The notes below the pieces were generated by a model. It ran no database searches. It worked only from the letters and a program-made list of their open reading frames with translations, and was not told the origin of the DNA. Below are positions 38,334-46,463 of a DNA stretch of 46,463 bases, piece by piece. Positions within the stretch are counted from its first letter, which is position 1. Each line of letters opens with the position of its first letter. Made by a program: the position numbers and the translations under genes. The stretch is from an uncultured Bacillota bacterium (GTDB lineage Bacteria > Bacillota_I > Bacilli_A > RF39 > UBA660): the NCBI GenBank assembly GCA_946625165.1, contig CAMOSR010000003.1, positions 1-46,463 of the forward strand, in the 5' to 3' direction.

Positions 38334-40916
38334 ATGAAAACAGGACTTACAGAAAAAGAAGTAATTCAAAGCAGAAAAAAATATGGTAGTAATGAAATAA
38401 GTAAAGCAGGTAAAGAAAGCTTTTTAAAAATGCTTATTGGAACACTAGGAGACCCAATAATAAAAATATTATTAATTGCCTTAGCTGTTAAAACATTGTT
38501 TTTATTCCATGACTTTGATTGGTATGAAACAGTAGGCATAGTTATTGCTATATTCTTGGCATCATTTATATCAACGATATCAGAATACGGCAGCGAAAAA
38601 GCCTTTGAAAAATTAGAAGAAGATGCTTCCAAAATAAAAACCAAAGTAAAAAGAACTGGAACAATTAAAGAAATAGAAATAAATGATGTTGTCGTTGGAG
38701 ACATTATAAATATTGAAGCTGGTGACCAGATTCCTGCAGACGGCAAAATAATAACTGGAAGCATATTTGTCAATGAGTCTAATTTAAATGGAGAAATGAA
38801 AGAAAAAGAAAAAAAAGTCAGTAGTAAAGTTTATCGTTCTACAGTTGTATATTCAGGCATCGCCACTATGGAAGTCGAAGAAGTCGGCGACAAAACAATT
38901 TATGGAAAACTTGCTGAAGAAGTTAGAGAAAAAACACAAGATAGTCCCCTGAAATTAAGACTAGTTAAACTAGCCGAACAAATAAGCAAACTAGGTTATC
39001 TTGGCGCGCTGCTAGTTTCTATATCATATTTATTTTCTATAATAGTAATCAATAATAATTTTAATATAATTTTAATCAAAGATACCATAACAAATTTGCC
39101 AGTAATGTTTGGACATATCCTGCATGCCATAACGTTAAGCGTAACCATTATTGTCGTCGCTGTTCCTGAAGGACTGCCCATGATGATTACCTTAGTATTA
39201 TCCTCTAATATGAAAAGAATGCTAAAAAGCAATGTCCTAGTGAGAAAACTAACAGGTATAGAAACAGCAGGTAATATCAACATATTATTCACTGACAAAA
39301 CTGGGACAATTACCAAAGGAAATTTAAGCGTTGTTGGAATAATAGACCCTAAAGGACAAAAATACCTTAACGAAGAAGAACTCAAAGAAAATAAAGTGTA
39401 CCACAAAATGGTTAAACTAGCTCTAACCGCTAATAACGCCAGCAGCTATGATGATACGAATAAAGCAATAGGCGGCAACATCACTGATAGAGCCATATTA
39501 AACTTCTTTAAAAATGAAAATTTAAAATATACAATTACCAGCAAAATACCATTTTCCAGTGAAGAAAAATATTCACTCACACAAATAACCCATCAAGGTA
39601 AAAACATAAACTTAATAAAAGGAGCGCCAGAAATAATAGTAGATAAATGTACTCACTATTATGACAATGGGAAAAAATATGCATTAATGCATAAACAAAA
39701 AATAAAAAGCCAAATAAAAGAAGCTACTGACAGAGGTATAAGAGTTTTAGCCTTTGCCACCTGCGAATCTAAAAATACCATAAAAAGGCTATCACTAATG
39801 GGATTAGTATATATTAAAGATGAAGTAAGACCAGCTGCCATAAAAGGGTTAAATTTAATAAACAAGGCAGGTATAAATACAATCATGATTACCGGAGACA
39901 ATATAGATACTGCTAGAGCCATAGGCAAAGAAGTAGGTCTTATAAAAAGTGACAAAGATATCATTTTAACTAGCGATGAACTTCACAAAATGCAAGACGA
40001 AGAGATCAAAAAGATCCTTCCAAAATTAAAAATACTTGCAAGAGCCCTGCCACAAGATAAGAGCAAACTAGTTAAAATTGCCCAAAGCGAGCAATTGGTA
40101 GTAGGAATGACAGGCGATGGCGTAAATGATGCGCCAGCCTTAAAAAAAGCCGATGTTGGATTTGCCATGGGTTCTGGTACAGAAGTAGCTAAAGAAGCAA
40201 GTGACATAGTTATTTTAGATGATAACCTTCTTTCTATTTCAAATGCGGTGTTATACGGTAGAACAATCTTTAAAAGTATAAGAAAGTTTATAATATTTCA
40301 GTTAACTATGAATATATGTGCTGTAAGCATTTCTATAATTGGACCATTTATAGGAGTAGACACCCCAGTAACAGTAATACAAATGCTGTGGATAAATATG
40401 GTTATGGATACACTGGCTGCCTTAGCTTTCTCTTATGAGCCAGCTTTAGAAGAATATATGGAAGAAGTACCAAAGAAAAAAGATGAAATGATTATTAACA
40501 GATATATGAAAGACGAAATATTGTTTACTGGACTATTTTCAGCCCTTATGTGTGTTCTTTTCCTTAAATTACCACTTATCCACAAAGTATTTAGAGACTC
40601 TAAAAACGACAAATATTTAATGACTGCCTTCTTTGGACTCTTTATTTTTATGGGTATATTTAATAGTTTTAACGCTAGAACCCATAGATTAAACTTATTT
40701 TCAAACCTATCAAAAAATAAAGTTTTCGTAGCTGTTATATTGTTCATATTAATAGTTCAAATATATCTAATTTACTACGGTGGAGAAGTTTTTAGAACAT
40801 ATGGATTAAATTTTTTTGAGTTTGAAATTATGATTTTGTTATCTATGCTAGTAATCCCAGTAGACTTTTTAAGAAAAATATACCTAAGGCACCATGGCGA
40901 AAAGGGCGGGGTATAA
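38334..40916 (+). CDS. Calcium-translocating P-type ATPase (type II)
   Basis: VAVPEGLP, DKTGT, KGAPE, TGDN, GDGVNDAPAL and QMLWINMVMD. Confidence 0.93.
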   Translation: MKTGLTEKEVIQSRKKYGSNEISKAGKESFLKMLIGTLGDPIIKILLIALAVKTLFLFHDFDWYETVGIVIAIFLASFISTISEYGSEKAFEKLEEDASKIKTKVKRTGTIKEIEINDVVVGDIINIEAGDQIPADGKIITGSIFVNESNLNGEMKEKEKKVSSKVYRSTVVYSGIATMEVEEVGDKTIYGKLAEEVREKTQDSPLKLRLVKLAEQISKLGYLGALLVSISYLFSIIVINNNFNIILIKDTITNLPVMFGHILHAITLSVTIIVVAVPEGLPMMITLVLSSNMKRMLKSNVLVRKLTGIETAGNINILFTDKTGTITKGNLSVVGIIDPKGQKYLNEEELKENKVYHKMVKLALTANNASSYDDTNKAIGGNITDRAILNFFKNENLKYTITSKIPFSSEEKYSLTQITHQGKNINLIKGAPEIIVDKCTHYYDNGKKYALMHKQKIKSQIKEATDRGIRVLAFATCESKNTIKRLSLMGLVYIKDEVRPAAIKGLNLINKAGINTIMITGDNIDTARAIGKEVGLIKSDKDIILTSDELHKMQDEEIKKILPKLKILARALPQDKSKLVKIAQSEQLVVGMTGDGVNDAPALKKADVGFAMGSGTEVAKEASDIVILDDNLLSISNAVLYGRTIFKSIRKFIIFQLTMNICAVSISIIGPFIGVDTPVTVIQMLWINMVMDTLAALAFSYEPALEEYMEEVPKKKDEMIINRYMKDEILFTGLFSALMCVLFLKLPLIHKVFRDSKNDKYLMTAFFGLFIFMGIFNSFNARTHRLNLFSNLSKNKVFVAVILFILIVQIYLIYYGGEVFRTYGLNFFEFEIMILLSMLVIPVDFLRKIYLRHHGEKGGV

Positions 40917-40967
40917 ATTTACAATTTATCTCAAAAGTGCTATAATACTAAACCGAGGTGAGAAGTC

Positions 40968-41600
40968 ATGAAATGTTTTAAATTAACAAATAATAAATTT
41001 GTAGCACTAGTTGGTGCAGCATCTATCGCCTTCGCTCTAGCCGGATGCACACCAGCCAAGCAAGCCAATAATACAAATAGTGGTCAAGCTCAAAATATTA
41101 TTAGCCAAACACTAGAAGCCGGTATAAATGAAAGTATAAGAGTGACTGACAATATTAAACAAGATATTTATAGAATAGAAGCTGACGCGATAATAGAAGA
41201 CTACATAAACACCCTAAGCACGGAATTTAATGAATTAATTAACTTTACTGTAGACCAGTGGAATAGTGAAGAATTTCAAGAAAAACTAGCCGTTGTAAGG
41301 CAAAAATTACGCGACCTTGTAGATTTTGCGTTTAATGGTAAAGAAATAAACGGAGTTACATTCGATGAACTAAGTGATACTGCCAAGGAAAAAGTGAACG
41401 CCATTATAACAACAATCGATACATGGCTAAATAACTTGATTCCAAATTACCAAGATAGATTATATGACGGCCTCGTTAATTTAGGCGCTGATGGCTTAGA
41501 ACTATGGAATGAACTAAATGAAAGCTTTAATAACTATCAAAGTGATGTATTAGATGAATTTTATAATAGATCTAATAATAGGATAATTATTAAAAAGTAA
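40968..41600 (+). CDS. Hypothetical helical lipoprotein
   Basis: Lipobox LAGC after a signal peptide; terminator at 41592-41623. Confidence 0.8.
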   Translation: MKCFKLTNNKFVALVGAASIAFALAGCTPAKQANNTNSGQAQNIISQTLEAGINESIRVTDNIKQDIYRIEADAIIEDYINTLSTEFNELINFTVDQWNSEEFQEKLAVVRQKLRDLVDFAFNGKEINGVTFDELSDTAKEKVNAIITTIDTWLNNLIPNYQDRLYDGLVNLGADGLELWNELNESFNNYQSDVLDEFYNRSNNRIIIKK

Positions 41601-41688
41601 GAAATATAAAATTCTTACTTTTTATTGTAATATCCCACAAAATGTGATATATTTTACCTGGAATATTGAATGAAAGAAGGTAAGGTTT

Positions 41689-42390
41689 ATGATAAACTTT
41701 ATCGTATGCGATGATATAGTGAAAGACAACGAAAAAATTAAGAATGTTATATCAAAATATATGATGAAAAATAAACTAGAATATAAAACTCACATATTTA
41801 GTGACTACAACGATGAATTTATAGAAATTGTAAAAAAGAAATTACCATTTAAAATATATATTTTAGATATTGAAACCCCAACTAGATCAGGCATTGATAT
41901 CGCAAGAATTATTAGACATAAAGATGTGGATAGTGTATTAATCTTTGTAACAGGACATGAAGAATTAAGTAATGTTGTAATGAAACATGATTTTGTATTT
42001 TTATCTTTTATAAACAAATTTGATAATGGTGAAGAAAGATTAACAAAGGCAATAGATAAAGCATTAAAAATGTTTAAAATAAGACAGACAATTAGATTTA
42101 AAGATAATGGAATAATGTATTCCATTCCAGTAGACGATATACTTTATATAACTAGGGATAGTATTGATAGAAAATGTATAATTGTTACTGACTATAATGA
42201 ATTTAAAGTAGGCAAAAATCTAAGTGAATTGGAAAAAATGGTCACAGACGACTTTGTAAAAACACATAGAGCATGTTTAATAAATAAAAAAAGAGTAACT
42301 AGCTTTAACAAATCAAAAAGGATTGTGACATTCGATAACGGAATGAAAAGCGATTTGATTTCTACACGTTTTGATAAGGAGTTGATATAA
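41689..42390 (+). CDS. agrA: AgrA-like LytTR response regulator
   Basis: Receiver domain (CDD, LDIE...SGID) and LytTR domain (DILYI, FVKTHRACLIN); adjacent to agrC/B/D. Confidence 0.88.
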   Translation: MINFIVCDDIVKDNEKIKNVISKYMMKNKLEYKTHIFSDYNDEFIEIVKKKLPFKIYILDIETPTRSGIDIARIIRHKDVDSVLIFVTGHEELSNVVMKHDFVFLSFINKFDNGEERLTKAIDKALKMFKIRQTIRFKDNGIMYSIPVDDILYITRDSIDRKCIIVTDYNEFKVGKNLSELEKMVTDDFVKTHRACLINKKRVTSFNKSKRIVTFDNGMKSDLISTRFDKELI

Positions 42391-43689
42391 GTGACCAACA
42401 TTCTAAGCATTGTAGTAGATATTTTAAGTGGTCTATTATTAAACATATTCTGTGTATACTTTTATTACCAATTATTAAATAAAAAGATTAATTGGAAAAG
42501 CATTAATGTTTACGCATTAATATTATCAATGACTACAGTAGAATATATACTAAACATTTTTTGCCCACAACCATTTAAATTTGTATCTTCATTTTTAATC
42601 CTAGTTGCTGTAGCATATTTCATATGTGATAAAAAGATTTCAAAGTCATTAATATTAGCCATAATGTTTGAATTAAATATAATAATTTCTGAATTAATTA
42701 TAGTAGGGATAGTCAATATTTTAAGTGATACAACTAAGGAAATAATATCTATATTTTCTAACATGGTTGTCTGTTTAGTTAGTTTAATAATATTAAAGAC
42801 AAAAGTACCAAACAAACTATTCAATATAATTATAAGATCGGCCAAAACATTAAAACAACAAGAAATAATTTTATATTCATTAATTATTGTATTCATATTA
42901 ATATTTTCTACAATTGAAAGTTATATGAAACTACCAATACTAATAATTCTAATCATTAATACAATTATAGCTTTAGTATTAATATCTGTGATCATCAAAT
43001 TTATAACTACTAAAAGCAATTATCAATTAATTTCTAGCAAATATGAAACTAGTATAACTAGCTTAAAAGAATATGAATCAATGATAGATAAATTTAGAGT
43101 AAATAATCATGAAAATAAAAACGAACTTATGACAATTAGAAATATGATTAAAGCTAAAGATAAAACTACCATAGAATATATTGATAAACTAGTAGATAAC
43201 AAAATAAAGGATAATGAGAAAATAATGTACAAAACATCTAAAATTCCAGAAGGAGGACTTAGAGCGACTATTTACTCTAAATTATGTACAATGGATGAAC
43301 TAAAGATTAAATATACATTAGACATAGCTAATGATGTAAGAGCCGCAGATTTAATAAATTTAAATGATGAAGTTGTTTTAAACATTTGTAAGATACTAGG
43401 AGTATTTTTGGATAATTCGATAGATGCAGTTAAAAATCTGAAAAACAAAAATATTGATATTGAAATTTATATTATGGACGAAAAATTGTGTGTTGATATA
43501 ACAAATAATTTTAAAGGTAATTTAGATTTAAATAAATTAGGTAACCAAAAATATACTACTAAAGGTGAAGGACATGGCTATGGCCTATCACTTGTAAATC
43601 AAATTATTAGAGAATATAATGAAATTTTAGAAAATGAAAAAAGTATAAATGGTGATAAATTTACTCAAACATTAAAAATAAAAATGTAG
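42391..43689 (+). CDS. agrC: AgrC-like membrane histidine kinase (GHKL)
   Basis: Multi-TM N-terminus, H-box FRVNNHENKN, N-box LDNSIDA and G-box TTKGEGHGYGL. Confidence 0.88.
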   Translation: MTNILSIVVDILSGLLLNIFCVYFYYQLLNKKINWKSINVYALILSMTTVEYILNIFCPQPFKFVSSFLILVAVAYFICDKKISKSLILAIMFELNIIISELIIVGIVNILSDTTKEIISIFSNMVVCLVSLIILKTKVPNKLFNIIIRSAKTLKQQEIILYSLIIVFILIFSTIESYMKLPILIILIINTIIALVLISVIIKFITTKSNYQLISSKYETSITSLKEYESMIDKFRVNNHENKNELMTIRNMIKAKDKTTIEYIDKLVDNKIKDNEKIMYKTSKIPEGGLRATIYSKLCTMDELKIKYTLDIANDVRAADLINLNDEVVLNICKILGVFLDNSIDAVKNLKNKNIDIEIYIMDEKLCVDITNNFKGNLDLNKLGNQKYTTKGEGHGYGLSLVNQIIREYNEILENEKSINGDKFTQTLKIKM

Positions 43690-43703
43690 GTTGACTACAT
43701 TTT
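43681..43703. terminator. Bidirectional terminator between agrC and agrD
   Basis: aaaatgtag-gttga-ctacatttt. Confidence 0.65.
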
Positions 43704-43822
43704 TATTTGATTAAACTCTTTGGACATTTTGGCTCGTCCCACCAGCCAAGCCAGCAAGCTGTAGAACTAGCGTTTGCAAACAAACTACCAAGTCCAGCTA
43801 AAATTGAACTAAATAAATGCAT
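43703..43822 (-). CDS. agrD: AgrD cyclic autoinducer peptide precursor, 39 aa (not in ORF track)
   Basis: AAAGGAGG RBS; MHLFSSILAGLGSLFANASSTACWLGWWDEPKCPKSLIK has an amphipathic leader, a Cys and an EPxxP tail. Directly downstream of agrB. Confidence 0.92.
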   Translation of the reverse strand: MHLFSSILAGLGSLFANASSTACWLGWWDEPKCPKSLIK

Positions 43823-43873
43823 TAAAGTCCCTCCTTTCATTCATTTATCTATGTTTAAATAAAATTTAAACCA

Positions 43874-44476
43874 TTAATCTAATTGATAATACTTATAATT
43901 ATCATATTGTTGATTGGTTAACTTATAAGCAATAGGAGAAATCATCACACATTGAATTAATAAAGCTAAAATGCAACTATCAGCTACAAAATCATTATGA
44001 ATCACTAAAGAACAAATAACCATAACGACTGCTATAATCGTAGATAAAATTTTATAAATCTTTCTTCTCTTTAGACTTACAATTGGCTTTTTCTCAGTAT
44101 CAGCTGGACTATACTTAAAAATTATTATAATTCCTAAAATACCAAAAACAAATTTGAACCAAATTGGAAATATGGCAATAGTACATATATAAGTAACAGT
44201 TAAGAAAGTTAATGCTGATGCAACTAGACAAACAATACTAGATGTTGCATGCATTCCAAATGATACTAAACGTATGATATTATATATAATCATAAATACA
44301 ATTAATTCTTTTAAAATGCCAAGGAAATAGGCTATAGAAAATATAATAATTGTTTTGGAAATAAACATATATAAGCCAGTCAAACCATATTCCAAAATTT
44401 CCATCTTTTCATCTGAATAATCAGGGTTATTTTTCTTAATAAGTGCTAGTGAATTATTAATTATTAATTTTTTCAT
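43874..44476 (-). CDS. agrB: AgrB autoinducer-processing membrane peptidase
   Basis: EILEYG, R.VSFGMHATSSIVC (catalytic His/Cys) and YSPADTEKKP. Confidence 0.92.
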   Translation of the reverse strand: MKKLIINNSLALIKKNNPDYSDEKMEILEYGLTGLYMFISKTIIIFSIAYFLGILKELIVFMIIYNIIRLVSFGMHATSSIVCLVASALTFLTVTYICTIAIFPIWFKFVFGILGIIIIFKYSPADTEKKPIVSLKRRKIYKILSTIIAVVMVICSLVIHNDFVADSCILALLIQCVMISPIAYKLTNQQYDNYKYYQLD

Positions 44477-44794
44477 ACAACATTGCCCCTACTATCAACA
44501 CCACAAGCATAACATTGCGAAAAACCATATTTTTAAAGTTTGTATTAAAACCTATAAAAGTGTTCCGATTAACAAATAGCATAAAACTGTTCGTTACACT
44601 TGTTAGCACTTAGACAATATGTAATCACTTTCAGGCAAAATTTTATTAAAGCAATCTGGCTGATAGTAAAATTGAATTCGTCGACTCAGTACATACGCGT
44701 ATTGTCGAAATTTGTAGTATTAATTTCGCAACAAAAGGGGCTCATATGCAGTATATTAGTATTGTAAGAGAATTACTAGAAGGGAGATGTAAGA

Positions 44795-45007
44795 GTGAGA
44801 GGCAAAGTAAAATGGTTTAATAACGAAAAAGGCTTTGGTTTTATCGAATACAATGATAAAGAAGACATATTCGTTCATTATTCAGCTATTCTTACACCAG
44901 GCTACAAAACGCTAGTGGAAGGCCAATATGTCGAATTCGAACTAGTTAGAACTGATAAAGGCCTACAAGCTAAAAATGTTGTCGAAATAAAAACTGCATT
45001 AGTGTAG
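44795..45007 (+). CDS. Cold-shock protein (CspA family)
   Basis: [24 protein letters not shown] and GLQAKNV. Confidence 0.95.
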   Translation: MRGKVKWFNNEKGFGFIEYNDKEDIFVHYSAILTPGYKTLVEGQYVEFELVRTDKGLQAKNVVEIKTALV

Positions 45008-45090
45008 TTTTTTCTTTTACATAAAATCACATAATAAAACTATATATTTCCCATAAAAACTATGATATAATATAATTGGAAGGTGATAAA

Positions 45091-45624
45091 ATGAAATATG
45101 TAGTTCGTGGAAAGAAAGTAAAGGTGACGGATGATTTAAAAAACTATGCTGAAGAAAAATTATCCAAGTTAGACAAGTACTTTGTAAATGCAGATGAATT
45201 TACTGCTACTGTTGTTTTCAAAAATCATGAACCAGTCCAAAAGGTTGAGGTAACAATACCAGTTAAAAGAATAATTTTAAGGGCTGAAGAAAGTCATAAG
45301 GACCCATTTGCCGCAATTGATTTGATCATTGACAAGCTAGAAAGACAAATAAGGAAAAATAAAACAAGAATGAGCAAAAAATCGGCAAGAGATAAAATGG
45401 CAGGTTTTGTCACTGATTTCGATGTTGAAAAAGAAGACAAAGATAAAAGTAAAATTGTTAAAAAGAAAAGCGTTGAATTAAAACCTATGAGTGAAGATGA
45501 AGCCATACTTCAAATGAATCTAATAGATCATTCATTCTTTATATTTAGGGATTCAAAAACCGGAGAAATTGAAGTCGTGTACAAAAGAGAAGATGGAAAT
45601 TACGGTTTAATTAAAGAAAAATAA
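45091..45624 (+). CDS. hpf: Ribosome hibernation promoting factor (long HPF)
   Basis: KLSKLDKYF, AAIDLIIDKLERQIRKNK, KPMSEDEAILQM and YKREDGNYGLI; terminator at 45623-45645. Confidence 0.93.
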   Translation: MKYVVRGKKVKVTDDLKNYAEEKLSKLDKYFVNADEFTATVVFKNHEPVQKVEVTIPVKRIILRAEESHKDPFAAIDLIIDKLERQIRKNKTRMSKKSARDKMAGFVTDFDVEKEDKDKSKIVKKKSVELKPMSEDEAILQMNLIDHSFFIFRDSKTGEIEVVYKREDGNYGLIKEK

Positions 45625-45719
45625 AATCGCCAAAAGCGATTTTTTAAATTTTTCCAATAAATACTAGGAATTTTCCTTATTTTTTGATAAAATACTATAT
45701 AGACGAAAGGATGAACATT

Positions 45720-46463
45720 ATGAACTTCTTAAAAAAGATATTTGATCACGAATATAAAGAACTAGAACGCTTTCAAAAGATTGCTGACGAAATAGACGCT
45801 TTAGATGAAGAAATGGCTAAATTAACGGATAAAGAGTTAAAAGCAAAAACGGAAGAATTCAAAAAGCGATTAAAAAATGGTGAAACACTAGAAGACATCA
45901 AAGTAGAAGCCTTTGCTGTCGCTAGAGAAGCAGCTTATAGAGTAATTGGTGAAAAACCATATTATGTACAATTATTAGGAGGACTAGCTATTCATTATGG
46001 TAATATAGCAGAGATGAAAACTGGAGAAGGAAAAACTTTAACCTCTATATTACCAGCTTACCTAAACGCCCTAACTGGTGAAGGGGTTCACATTATTACC
46101 GTTAATGAATACCTAGCAGGACGTGATGCCAACTGGATGGGAAAAATCCACGAATTTTTAGGACTTACTGTTGGGATTAACTACCGAGAATATACTCCAG
46201 AGCAAAAAAGAGAAGCCTATTCTTGTGACATTATGTACTCAACTAATAACGAAATAGGATTTGACTACCTAAGAGATAACATGGTAGTTAAAGCTGAAGA
46301 TAGAGTTCAAAGACCACTTAACTTTGTTATAATAGATGAGGTCGACTCAGTATTAATTGATGAAGCAAGAACACCTTTAATCATTTCAGGTGGAAGCATG
46401 CAATCAGCCAACTTATATACAAATGCAGATAAGTTTGTTAAAACTTTAAAAGAAAATGAAGGA
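45720..46463 (+). CDS. secA: Preprotein translocase SecA, 5' part (runs off the window)
   Basis: MNFLKKIFD..., [41 protein letters not shown] and [19 protein letters not shown]; follows hpf. Confidence 0.97.
   Translation, partial: MNFLKKIFDHEYKELERFQKIADEIDALDEEMAKLTDKELKAKTEEFKKRLKNGETLEDIKVEAFAVAREAAYRVIGEKPYYVQLLGGLAIHYGNIAEMKTGEGKTLTSILPAYLNALTGEGVHIITVNEYLAGRDANWMGKIHEFLGLTVGINYREYTPEQKREAYSCDIMYSTNNEIGFDYLRDNMVVKAEDRVQRPLNFVIIDEVDSVLIDEARTPLIISGGSMQSANLYTNADKFVKTLKENEG

Noticed and set aside
508-45506. Many other 60-148 aa ORFs overlapping long genes
   Set aside because: Antisense or alternative-frame shadows with F/L/I/S-rich composition typical of reversed A-rich coding DNA, and no RBS.
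1-46463. Use of genetic code 4 (TGA = Trp)
   Set aside because: Long genes are open under code 11, Trp is TGG, and TGA ends genes at ATGA overlaps (23029-23032, 30990-30993).
6927-46463. Impression that the gene-rich plus strand is C-rich at synonymous sites (reversed skew or inversion)
   Set aside because: Only an impression by eye; it needs a computed third-position GC skew and the ori/ter position.

Overview
Very AT-rich chromosomal segment of a low-GC Gram-positive bacterium using the standard genetic code (TGA is used as a stop). The reduced, Bacilli-like gene set suggests an RF39-type gut lineage, which is an inference. The left ~6.1 kb is the right-hand end of an integrated element. 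It carries an APH(3')-type kinase, three GNATs, a peptidase E-like gene, an RP4/MOBP-type oriT candidate, a nonsense-disrupted ribbon-helix-helix gene, a 42-aa SHOCT-like ORF and an intact large serine recombinase. The element sits inside the spore-coat gene cotJC, apparently within the codon for the conserved Glu35. The cotJC 5' fragment remains downstream of a cotJA-cotJB fusion with a mother-cell sigma-type promoter, which suggests a skin-like element excised during sporulation. The rest is mostly core genome: SWIM-SNF2 helicase, tRNA-His, dxs, glmS with its ribozyme, addBA, an SPFH/Tim44/zinc-ribbon operon, N-domain-less clpB with CIRCE, a cell-wall cluster (sortase, hydrolases, asnB, atypical murE), a UvrD-family helicase that appears to start at ATT, tetR-yhgE/pip, a Ca2+ P-type ATPase, a complete convergent agr locus including an unlisted agrD, csp, hpf and the 5' part of secA.
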